Source: Patescibacteria group bacterium (GTDB lineage Bacteria; Patescibacteriota; Minisyncoccia; 2-02-FULL-40-12; GWA2-44-9). Taken from it: DNA of 49,364 nucleotides. Position 1 is the first letter of the stretch; each line of letters begins with the position of its first letter. The notes under the pieces are model-generated. The model saw only the letters and a list, made by a program, of their open reading frames with translations, ran no database searches and had not been told where the DNA came from. Location of the stretch: positions 1 through 49,364 of the forward strand of contig JBBUGO010000014.1 in assembly GCA_038056025.1 (NCBI GenBank), in the 5' to 3' direction. Position numbers and translations under genes: made by a program. This document shows positions 1-8,290 of this stretch, piece after piece.

Positions 1-1
1 C

Positions 2-199
2 GTACGACGGAAAAAACCTACCGCCGCCATGGAAGAGGAAAAATTTTCCGGGTATCGCAATCAGCTTGCCCAACGCGTTGAGCTTGTCTTCGATGGACTG
101 GTGGGGCTTGGCCTGAGGGCACGCATCATCCCCACGGATGAACTGAAACAACTTTTTTATGCATTCTATAATCCCGGCGTGAGAATCACCCAACCGTAA
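2..199 (+). CDS. VirB4/TrbE-like type IV secretion ATPase, upstream segment (5' end outside window)
   Basis: The frame is open from the window edge to TAA at 197-199 (...RNQLAQRVELVFDGLVGLGLRARIIPTDELKQLFYAFYNPGVRITQP*). It is absent from the ORF track because it has no in-window start. Its stop lies 1 nt before the ATG at 201. Confidence 0.5.
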   Translation, partial: VRRKKPTAAMEEEKFSGYRNQLAQRVELVFDGLVGLGLRARIIPTDELKQLFYAFYNPGVRITQP

Positions 200-200
200 T

Positions 201-1949
201 ATGGCATTTCGAGAAACCGAACAACTGATGCCCGATGCGCTCGCGCCGTCTGCGCTCAATATTTCGTCGACGCATGTCCAGATTGGACAGAAACTGGTGC
301 GGACCATCTTTCTTGCAACCTACCCGCGCTATCTTCATACCAATTGGTTTGCGTCTATCGTCAATCTGGATCGCGAACTATCCATTTCCATCTATGTCGC
401 GCCAAAAAATACCGCTACAGTCCTAAAACAACTCCGCGACCAGCTTGCGCGCCTTCAGGCACAAGCATTTGACGAGGCCGCCAAGGGAAAGGTGCGTGAC
501 CCGCTTCTGGAAACGGCTATCGCCGACATTGAAACGTTGCGAGATAAGCTCCAGCAGGGAACTGACAAATTCTTTGACCTTGGTGTCTATATCACATTCT
601 ACGAGAACGACCTAAAAGCGCTCGAGGAAGCCGAAAACAAAATCCGCGGACTCTTGGAATACCAGCTGGTGTTCCCGAAACCGTCCATCTTCCGCATGGT
701 TGAGGGATTTATGTCGACACTGCCCCTGAACGATGACCGCCTCCAAATCTCCACGCCGCTCAACACCGAACCCATCTCGTCAATCTTTCCCTTTGTCTCG
801 TACGACCTGACATCGGATTCGGGTATTCTTTACGGCATTAACACCCATAACAACTCCCTGGTACTGTTTGACCGATTTGATCTGGAAAATGCTAACAGTG
901 TTGTGTTTGGAAAATCGGGAGGCGGTAAAAGCTATGCCGTAAAACTTGAGATTCTCCGAAGCTTAATGTTCGATACGCAGGTCCTCGCCATCGACCCCGA
1001 AGAAGAATATAAGTTCTTGGCAGAAACCGTTGGTGGAACTGTTGTCAAAATTTCCATCAACTCTGATCAGCACATCAATCCGTTTGATCTACCCATACCT
1101 AAAGAGGGGGAGTCGCCCTCTGACGTCTTCAAATCCCATATCCTTGACCTTGCGGGCCTTATGAAGCTCCTCCTGGGGGAATTGACGCCGCAGGAGGATT
1201 CTATTCTCGATGAGGCGCTCATGCAGACCTATGCCATAAAGGACATCCTGCCGGATAGCGATTTCTCCCAATCGCAACCGCCGCTTTTGGCCGATCTCCA
1301 GAGTGTGCTTGAGGGAATGACGGGCGCAGATGCCATGGCAGTACGCTTGCGCAAGTTTACCCAGGGCACCTTTGCGGGATTTCTCAACCGACCCACCAAT
1401 GTCGCCCTCAATAACCAGCTCGTGGTGTTCAGTATTCGCGATATGGAGGAGGAGCTACGGCCTATCGCCATGTACCTCGTGTTAAGCCATATCTGGACAC
1501 AAGTACGTCGCGAATTGCGTAAACGCCTGTTGGTGGTTGATGAGGCCTGGTGGCTTATGAAATATCCCACGGGGGCGGATTTTCTATTTAATATCGCCAA
1601 ACGAGGAAGGAAATACTACGTCGGACTTACTACCATTTCCCAAGATATACCGGATTTCATGGCAACGCCCCAGGGAAAGGCCATCGTCACCAATTCCTCA
1701 ATGCAGATCCTCATGAAACAGTCGCCAGCCGCCGTTGATATCATCCAGCAAACGTTCAATCTGACTGACGCAGAAAAATATTATCTTCTGGAGGCGCGGG
1801 TTGGATTCGGTCTCTTCTTTTTAGGACAGAACCATATCGGCATCCGCGTAGTTGCATCCTACGCCGAGGATCAGGTCATCACATCTGATCCGCGCCAGCT
1901 TCTAGAAATCGAAAAAGCAAAGCAGGAATGGGCAAAAATGACACAGTAG
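201..1949 (+). CDS. VirB4/TrbE/TraC-like secretion ATPase (ATPase portion)
   Basis: 582 aa. Walker A is GKSGGGKSY and Walker B-like is LLVVDEAWWLM. The overall layout matches VirB4-family conjugation/T4SS ATPases. Confidence 0.8.
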   Translation: MAFRETEQLMPDALAPSALNISSTHVQIGQKLVRTIFLATYPRYLHTNWFASIVNLDRELSISIYVAPKNTATVLKQLRDQLARLQAQAFDEAAKGKVRDPLLETAIADIETLRDKLQQGTDKFFDLGVYITFYENDLKALEEAENKIRGLLEYQLVFPKPSIFRMVEGFMSTLPLNDDRLQISTPLNTEPISSIFPFVSYDLTSDSGILYGINTHNNSLVLFDRFDLENANSVVFGKSGGGKSYAVKLEILRSLMFDTQVLAIDPEEEYKFLAETVGGTVVKISINSDQHINPFDLPIPKEGESPSDVFKSHILDLAGLMKLLLGELTPQEDSILDEALMQTYAIKDILPDSDFSQSQPPLLADLQSVLEGMTGADAMAVRLRKFTQGTFAGFLNRPTNVALNNQLVVFSIRDMEEELRPIAMYLVLSHIWTQVRRELRKRLLVVDEAWWLMKYPTGADFLFNIAKRGRKYYVGLTTISQDIPDFMATPQGKAIVTNSSMQILMKQSPAAVDIIQQTFNLTDAEKYYLLEARVGFGLFFLGQNHIGIRVVASYAEDQVITSDPRQLLEIEKAKQEWAKMTQ

Positions 1950-1955
1950 CATTCC

Positions 1956-2378
1956 ATGGCCGATATTACTTCAGAAGAACAAGTCCAAGTCGAGCTTGAA
2001 CGACAGCGGCAACGGGGTCTCCAACCGGCGGAGGGGGGTCAATCAGGCCAGGCCGACTCGTCTCAACGAGAAGAATCCCTCGGTTGGGTCGTGTCTTTTT
2101 GCCTTATCGTTGTTTCTCTTATCGGAGATGCCGTCGAGATTATGACGATAGGGACATTGGGATGGTTTGTGGGGCTCTTGTGCGACGGCATTCTTCTTGT
2201 GGTCCTCGGCTTCACGAAAAGCGGTAAAAAACACTTCCGCCGCGTGCTCGTGGGTGTTTTCGGAGAACTCATCCCGGGACTCAACATCCTCCCTCTACGG
2301 ACAGTCTTCGTGCTCTGGGCAATTATTAAATCACGCAGTACCACCGTACAGCACGTTGCGCGTCTAACCTCACCATGA
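1956..2378 (+). CDS. Small polytopic membrane protein, function unknown
   Basis: 140 aa with a charged N-terminus followed by about 3 hydrophobic helices. It is tightly packed after the VirB4-like gene and overlaps the next ORF by 4 nt. Confidence 0.5.
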   Translation: MADITSEEQVQVELERQRQRGLQPAEGGQSGQADSSQREESLGWVVSFCLIVVSLIGDAVEIMTIGTLGWFVGLLCDGILLVVLGFTKSGKKHFRRVLVGVFGELIPGLNILPLRTVFVLWAIIKSRSTTVQHVARLTSP

Positions 2379-3463
2379 GCGAACACCGTTGGTTACTTAT
2401 TCTTGTCGTCATCGTTGTCGCCGCAAACATATTTGTGGGGAGTTATCTTTGGTGGTCACAAAAGACCGAACTGCCCGTTGCACATATTGCGCGTAGCGTT
2501 GCCGAAAACACTCCGGGTGAGGAGGACCTGCCGGTCTCCTTGCGCCTCACGCGAGTTAATTCTGAACGAGTGCTCTTTCCGACCATCACACGCGGAGGCA
2601 ATGTCAGGTTTTGGGATGCCGGCAACGCAACGTTCGCAGAGTCAAAGCCCGACGGGGGACAGTACCAAACACTTGCTACGCTTTTGCACACCGCCGTTCG
2701 GGACGTAGTATGGAGCCCGGATGGATTTACGATCGCCGCGTTAGTCGATTCTGCCATGCTCCACGGTTGGCAACTCTTCGATCTTCGTACGGAATCGTTT
2801 CGATCCCTTCCGGCCAATGTGCTCGCCGTCGCGTTTTCGCCCAAGGGGGACGAGGTCGTGTATCTTGAAAATGACGGCGCTCGGGGACGTATCGTGGTAA
2901 CGCTTGCCGATGGAACCGGTGCAAAAGAGATTTTGGCAACACGCATGAACAGCGCAGAACTTTCCTGGCCAACTCCGGAACGTATCGCGCTCATCGCCAC
3001 CGATAGCGACGGGTTACGTACTCTCTATCTTCTCGGCCTTGATGGACGGCTTGTCCAAGTCATTCAGGGACGCAGCCAGCTTCATGCCGTATGGTCGTCT
3101 GACGGCTCCCGGGTACTCCTTTCGTGGTTCGAAGATGGCTCGCTTCACACCAGTATCATTACCCTTGCTACCGCTCGAGAGGATGCCCCTCCCATCACAA
3201 CGCTCGCATCGAAATGTGCGTGGTCCACGGTTACCGCATTCGTCTGCGGCATGCCCAAGACGCCACTTTCCAGTGAGGGATACGGCAATACCGTGGTGCC
3301 CGATGTCCTCGCGGTTACCCGTATGACAAATGACACCCCATGGGTCACCACTACCTATGCAACGACTCCGCTGAGTGTGCGAGAGACGTTAACCCACGGA
3401 GGGTGGGGGGTTGTCCGCAATGCCTACGATGGTCTTCTCTGGTCGTTTATTATTCCGCAATAG
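2375..3463 (+). CDS. Membrane-anchored TolB/PD40-like beta-propeller repeat protein
   Basis: 362 aa with an N-terminal TM helix. It has repeated motifs VWSPDG, AFSPKGDEVVY and VWSSDGSRVLL, typical of PD40/WD40-like propeller blades. Confidence 0.55.
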   Translation: MSEHRWLLILVVIVVAANIFVGSYLWWSQKTELPVAHIARSVAENTPGEEDLPVSLRLTRVNSERVLFPTITRGGNVRFWDAGNATFAESKPDGGQYQTLATLLHTAVRDVVWSPDGFTIAALVDSAMLHGWQLFDLRTESFRSLPANVLAVAFSPKGDEVVYLENDGARGRIVVTLADGTGAKEILATRMNSAELSWPTPERIALIATDSDGLRTLYLLGLDGRLVQVIQGRSQLHAVWSSDGSRVLLSWFEDGSLHTSIITLATAREDAPPITTLASKCAWSTVTAFVCGMPKTPLSSEGYGNTVVPDVLAVTRMTNDTPWVTTTYATTPLSVRETLTHGGWGVVRNAYDGLLWSFIIPQ

Positions 3464-3929
3464 GAGCCGCCTTGATAACAATCCTCCGGGTTGGCTCTTG
3501 TCCAACGCTCTCGGTGGTAATCCCCGGATATGCCGCCAGCGTTGTATGTACCGCGCGGCGTTCTTGCGAACTCATCGCCATTAGGGTTTCCGCTTGTCCG
3601 GTCGCGCGAACCCGCTCCGCCGTTTGTTGAGCAAGTGTAATGGCGCGCTCAAGTCGCATGTGCCGATGTCTATTGACATCAACAGATATCGCAACTCTAT
3701 CGGTAGCGTCTCGGCCGTGCATGAGCCTCACGACGTGCTCGAGCGCGTCCAACGCCTGGCTGTTCCTCTCGATAAACACCTCTGCGTGGTCGGGGACGGT
3801 GATGGCTACCGAAATTTCTCGAAGCCCGTCACGAATATTCTCTTGGATATCCACTGTTCCCTCCAATTGCATAAGCCGGAGCGTGGCAGAAATAAATTGT
3901 TGTATGGCTTCCCGCAACGTCGTGTCCAT
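3450..3929 (-). CDS. jag: Jag/KhpB-like KH + R3H RNA-binding protein
   Basis: 159 aa. The C-terminal R3H-like segment reads ETLMAMSSQERRAVHTTLAAYPGITTESVGQEPTRRIVI. It lies downstream of yidC, the conserved gene order. Confidence 0.75.
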   Translation of the reverse strand: MDTTLREAIQQFISATLRLMQLEGTVDIQENIRDGLREISVAITVPDHAEVFIERNSQALDALEHVVRLMHGRDATDRVAISVDVNRHRHMRLERAITLAQQTAERVRATGQAETLMAMSSQERRAVHTTLAAYPGITTESVGQEPTRRIVIKAAPIAE

Positions 3930-3939
3930 GGTAATGTGA

Positions 3940-4659
3940 TCAGCGAACCGCCTTCCGGAGATATAATTGTTCTCCGATAGAAAATAATGCAGTCGCGATC
4001 CAGTACAATGTGAGGCCGGCGGGGAGATTCCAACCTATCACCACTACCATAATGGGGAAGATATAGACCATTTGAGCATTCAGTGCGGCTGCCATCTCCG
4101 GTTGAGGGCTGGTGGTTTGGGCAGTCATCGTTATCTTCGCCTGTAAAAACTGGGCAATACCGGCTCCCACGGCAAGCAGGGGGCTCTGCGCGGTTATGGT
4201 GATAATGCCGAACGAAAGTGTATTAATAAATTCGGGCCGAGGCACGAATGAGTAGAGGAGGTTAAGATTTTCTGGTTTAAATCCCGCAAGGAAGGCCTGA
4301 TACAGAGCAATGATGACCGGAAGTTGGATAAGAAGGGGCAGGCACCCGGAAAGCGGATTAACTTTTTCCTGGCGATAGAGCGCCATCATAGCGGCTGATT
4401 GTCCCGCTTGATCCTGTTTAAATTTTTCTCGGAGTTCTTGTATGCGCGGGTTGAGTTTCTGCATCACCCGTTGGGAGCGTGCCGTCGCAAGCGATAGCGG
4501 TAAAAGAAGTCCCCGAATAATAAGCGTCAGCGCAATAATTGCCAAGCCAAAATCGTTGCCGGGAAGCAGCTGGGAAATCCAGACAAGCACATTGAAGAGC
4601 GGACGATACAGAATTTCGTTATATAACCAGGTCATATGCGTAGACAGCGCCCGCTCCAC
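3940..4659 (-). CDS. yidC: YidC/Oxa1-family membrane protein insertase (short form)
   Basis: 239 aa and polytopic. It contains the conserved segment NPLSGCLPLLIQLPVIIALY and sits in the rnpA-yidD-yidC synteny. Confidence 0.85.
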   Translation of the reverse strand: MERALSTHMTWLYNEILYRPLFNVLVWISQLLPGNDFGLAIIALTLIIRGLLLPLSLATARSQRVMQKLNPRIQELREKFKQDQAGQSAAMMALYRQEKVNPLSGCLPLLIQLPVIIALYQAFLAGFKPENLNLLYSFVPRPEFINTLSFGIITITAQSPLLAVGAGIAQFLQAKITMTAQTTSPQPEMAAALNAQMVYIFPIMVVVIGWNLPAGLTLYWIATALFSIGEQLYLRKAVR

Positions 4660-4877
4660 GGATGGCAGTGGGCAAGTCGTTCAAGCGCCATAGTACCGCC
4701 GCGAATGAGACCGTGGCGAGAGATCGCTTCTTCGGCAAATCGAGAACATGACACGGGAAAGCGGCATCCCGAGAACGTCTGAAGTCCACCGAACGACAAC
4801 ACCCACGGCGCCAGAGAGCGATAGATGCGAATGCCCCCCAGAACCATTTTCCTCATAGCTATGTGTAGGTAATTCAA
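4632..4877 (-). CDS. yidD: Membrane protein insertion efficiency factor YidD
   Basis: It carries the motif CRFPVSCSRFAEEAISRHG...RLAHCHPW. It lies between rnpA and yidC. The start could instead be the internal Met at 4856. Confidence 0.7.
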   Translation of the reverse strand: MNYLHIAMRKMVLGGIRIYRSLAPWVLSFGGLQTFSGCRFPVSCSRFAEEAISRHGLIRGGTMALERLAHCHPWSGRCLRI

Positions 4878-5203
4878 GATTGAGAAATAATTTTTTCGAA
4901 CGTGCGCCTAAGTTGTCCTGGCGGCTGTTCTCCCCTATGTTTTCTCACCATTATCACAATATCATACCCGACCGCCGCATCCTTGACCACCGGCTCGATC
5001 TCTTGCGCCATACGCCTCCGTGTTGCTACACGATCCACCGCGCTAGGCACGAGTCGCACCGGAATACCCATGCCTACCCGTATCACTCCCAACTGATTCG
5101 GCAAGATCTTAAAAAAGAAAAAACTGTCTTGCACAGTTTTTCCTTGCGTTAGGACCTGCCGGAAAATCTTGGCCGGTAGACGGTGTTGTGTTGCGAGTGC
5201 CAC
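4874..5203 (-). CDS. rnpA: RNase P protein component
   Basis: 109 aa and basic, immediately downstream of rpmH. Order and size are typical of rnpA. Confidence 0.8.
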   Translation of the reverse strand: MALATQHRLPAKIFRQVLTQGKTVQDSFFFFKILPNQLGVIRVGMGIPVRLVPSAVDRVATRRRMAQEIEPVVKDAAVGYDIVIMVRKHRGEQPPGQLRRTFEKIISQS

Positions 5204-5208
5204 GGTTA

Positions 5209-5352
5209 CTAGACCGCCAGGCGTGCACGTTTTTTACCTCTGCGACGCTGCAGGACTCGTTGTCCGCCGCGTGATCGCATTCTGCTTAGGAATCCGTGCT
5301 TTCGCTTGCGCTTTTTACGTTTCGGCCGATAGGTTAGTGCTTTTGCGCCCAT
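5209..5352 (-). CDS. rpmH: 50S ribosomal protein L34
   Basis: Hand-translated as [47 protein letters not shown] (47 aa), below the ORF-track size cutoff. It is divergent from dnaA. Confidence 0.9.
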   Translation of the reverse strand: MGAKALTYRPKRKKRKRKHGFLSRMRSRGGQRVLQRRRGKKRARLAV

Positions 5353-5557
5353 GAGTTCGTGGGGTGAGTATATCTTCCACGACTCCGTTCGTCAACATAT
5401 TTTTCACCCAACAACGTTTTTTTCAGCCGTCAATATTGCGTCCGTTTTTCCACCTGCTATAAACAGGTTGTCCACTAAAACCCTCCTTTCCTTTCTTGTC
5501 TCGTGCGCTATCGTGGTTTCGGACAACGTTTGCGGCGTCTCATATTTTTTAATCACC

Positions 5558-6934
5558 ATGCAGAACGAGGATATTTGGAAAGCGGTGCTCGGCGAAATGG
5601 AGATAGCTCTTTCGCGCGCTCATTTCACCACATGGTTTAGAAACACTTCCGTTGTTTCGCGAGACCAATCGAACATCCTCGTCAGTGTGCCGAATGGCTT
5701 TGTCAAAGAGTGGCTCGAAAATAAATTCAATAAACAAATTCTCCAATCGGTCCGCAAGCTTGTTCCGGAGATCAGAGACGTTCGCTATATCATTGGGCAG
5801 CCCAAACCAGAGCTCACCAAGCAGGATTTTTCAAAAATCATCTTGGAAAAAGAGCTTGAGGAGACCTCGCGAGCAGATATCGACCCCGATGTCGACCGTA
5901 CCACCAATCTTAATAAGAAATACACTTTTGACTCGTTCGTGGTCGGCTCCAATAATGAACTCGCCCACGCTGCCGCACTTGCCGTCACAAAAAGTCCAGG
6001 GAAACTCTACAATCCGCTGTTTATCTACGGGGGGGTGGGTCTAGGGAAGACCCACCTCATCCAAGCCATTGGTAACCGCCTCCTTTCCCAACAGAAAGAA
6101 AAGAAAATTCTCTACATCGCCGCTGAAAAAATGACCGCGGCGATTGTCGAGGCAATCCGAACGAGAACGATTGAGGATCTTAAAAACGCTTATGCGCGAC
6201 TCGATGTGCTCGCTATAGATGACATTCAGTTCATCGCCGGCAAAGAGAAGATGCAAGAAATTGTGTTTTCCGTCTTCAACGAACTCCACGTAAAGAATAA
6301 GCAGGTTGTCCTTACCTCGGATCGCCTCCCCAAGGCCATTCCCGCGCTTGAAGAGCGCTTGAGCTCGCGCTTTGAGGGGGGTATGGTCATTGACGTTGGC
6401 CTGCCCGACTTTGAAACGCGCCTTGCCATTCTCAAGATCAAGTGTACTGAAAAAGAGTACGCCACAAGCGATGAGGCGCTGGCCTACATTGCCACCCATA
6501 TTCAAAAAAATGTCAGGGAGCTTGAGGGAGCGCTGAATCGCGTTATTGCGTTTGCGCAAATTTACAACCGTATGCCCGACCTCAAGGAGGTAAAAAACAT
6601 TCTTAACGCCTACCTAAGCGTTCCCTATAGAAAGACCTCTCCTCAAACCGTTCTTAAGGCGGTCGCGGATTTTTTTAACATCTCCCTTAATGATCTCACG
6701 CGGCGAAGTCGTAAAAAAGAGGTTGTCCGGCCGCGCCAAATCGCCATGTACCTCTTGCGAGAGGAGATCAAGCTCTCGTTCCCCGAAATTGGCTCTAAGC
6801 TCGGCGGTCGCGACCACTCAACGGTCATTCACGCGTGTGAGAAGATAAAAAGGGAGGAGGCTGCCGACGACCCACTTAAGCAAGAGCTTATCCTTATCAA
6901 AGAGCGTATTTATAATTCATTTGAAACGCGCTAG
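5558..6934 (+). CDS. dnaA: Chromosomal replication initiator DnaA
   Basis: I place the start at [19 protein letters not shown], because the track ORF's 69-aa N-terminal extension covers the rpmH-dnaA intergenic region. Walker A is [10 protein letters not shown]. The C-terminal DNA-binding helix reads [11 protein letters not shown]. Confidence 0.95.
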   Translation: MQNEDIWKAVLGEMEIALSRAHFTTWFRNTSVVSRDQSNILVSVPNGFVKEWLENKFNKQILQSVRKLVPEIRDVRYIIGQPKPELTKQDFSKIILEKELEETSRADIDPDVDRTTNLNKKYTFDSFVVGSNNELAHAAALAVTKSPGKLYNPLFIYGGVGLGKTHLIQAIGNRLLSQQKEKKILYIAAEKMTAAIVEAIRTRTIEDLKNAYARLDVLAIDDIQFIAGKEKMQEIVFSVFNELHVKNKQVVLTSDRLPKAIPALEERLSSRFEGGMVIDVGLPDFETRLAILKIKCTEKEYATSDEALAYIATHIQKNVRELEGALNRVIAFAQIYNRMPDLKEVKNILNAYLSVPYRKTSPQTVLKAVADFFNISLNDLTRRSRKKEVVRPRQIAMYLLREEIKLSFPEIGSKLGGRDHSTVIHACEKIKREEAADDPLKQELILIKERIYNSFETR

Positions 6935-7180
6935 TCCGCTGTGTATAACGTATCGATAATGTGGGGCTTGGGTGTTGAAAAAATAACATTGGATTTCTTA
7001 TGAAAAACGTTTCACACATTTTTTCCAATCAGTATCAGATATCTATCCACATGTTACACGGTTTCCTGTTGCTGTTTTTAGCGAGAGATTCTGCCATGGT
7101 TAACGCGTACGCCGGGTATCCATGTGGTAAAAAGCCGGAGTAATAATAACAATAGTTTAAGTAATTACTTATACCTTATT
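6935..7180. promoter_or_regulatory. Candidate oriC (dnaA-dnaN intergenic DnaA-box cluster plus AT-rich unwinding stretch)
   Basis: TGTGTATAA at 6940-6948 is the reverse of TTATACACA and fits TTATNCACA. CTATCCACA lies at 7043-7051 and a TTTCACACA-like box near 7010-7018. The AT-rich run taataataacaatagtttaagtaattacttataccttatt lies at about 7141-7180. Confidence 0.5.
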
Positions 7181-8272
7181 ATGAAACTTACCGTCGGGCA
7201 GAAAAATTTTAGACGAGCGCTCTCGCTCATCGAGCCGATTATTGGGAAGACGGCCGCGCTCCCCATTCTCGCCGATGTCGTTCTTAAAACGGAGGGTGGG
7301 CGGCTTAAAGTTGCCGCAACAAACCTTGAGATAGGCATTACCTGTTTTATCGGCGCAAAAACCGATGAGGTCGGGGAGATTGCAGTTCCAGGAAGAATAC
7401 TAAACGACGTTATTCAAAGCATTGAGGAAGAAACCGTTGTACTATCAACGAAAAGCAACACGCTTCACATCACAAGTAAGGCGCATAAAACAGCAATTCT
7501 CGGCACCGATACCAAAGAGTATCCCATTATACCTAAAATTTCAGCCGAGACACTGTTTTCGATGGGAGCTCCGGCATTAAAAGACCTACTAGCGTCAGTG
7601 GTTGATGCTATTGCAACGTCTGAATCAAGGCCAGAACTTTCGGGATTACTGTTAGTGGCGGGGTCGGGGACGGTTACCTGTGCGGCGACCGACTCCTTTC
7701 GTCTCGCAGAGAAGATCACCAAAGGGAAGGTTCGCGGGAGCGCGAAAGTTATTATTCCTCGCGCAACGGCGATTGAGGTATTACGCCTCACCGCAGATGA
7801 CGCCCTTGATATAAGCGTGGCAGTGGGGGACAATCAGATTGCATTTACCTCTCAAGATTGCCAGATTATCTCGCGGCTCATCGACGGGAACTATCCCGAC
7901 TACAAAAAGGTTATTCCAGAAAAATGGGCCTCAAAGGCACTGATCAGTCGAACGCAATTGGAGCGCAACGTGCGGCTTGCGGGCCTTTTTTCCTCGTCAA
8001 TTTCCGATGTAACGGTTTCGTGCGAAGACGGGACACTGAGTGTTACCGCGCGTAACAGCGACAAGGGCGAGGTACAAGCCACGACCGACGCGGTGTTAAA
8101 AAACGACGCTTTTTCTTTAGCGTTGAACTTCCACTACCTTCTCGACGGGTTGAAAGCAATCACCACAGAAAAAGTGGTGGTGGAGTTTACCGGGGACGGA
8201 AGCCCGCTCATTATTCGTCCGGCCGATGACAAAAATGAGTTCACGTATCTCATTATGCCCTTGAGGCGGTAG
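7181..8272 (+). CDS. dnaN: DNA polymerase III beta sliding clamp
   Basis: 363 aa from MKLTVGQKNFRRALS. It follows dnaA and ends with the typical MPLR-type C-terminus. Confidence 0.9.
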   Translation: MKLTVGQKNFRRALSLIEPIIGKTAALPILADVVLKTEGGRLKVAATNLEIGITCFIGAKTDEVGEIAVPGRILNDVIQSIEEETVVLSTKSNTLHITSKAHKTAILGTDTKEYPIIPKISAETLFSMGAPALKDLLASVVDAIATSESRPELSGLLLVAGSGTVTCAATDSFRLAEKITKGKVRGSAKVIIPRATAIEVLRLTADDALDISVAVGDNQIAFTSQDCQIISRLIDGNYPDYKKVIPEKWASKALISRTQLERNVRLAGLFSSSISDVTVSCEDGTLSVTARNSDKGEVQATTDAVLKNDAFSLALNFHYLLDGLKAITTEKVVVEFTGDGSPLIIRPADDKNEFTYLIMPLRR

Positions 8273-8290
8273 GGAGGCGCCGAGGTAGCA

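Noticed and set aside
5351-5557. A 69-aa N-terminal extension of the dnaA ORF in the track (start at 5351).
   Set aside because: It overlaps the rpmH start codon and the box-containing intergenic region. The canonical DnaA N-terminus [11 protein letters not shown] begins at 5558.
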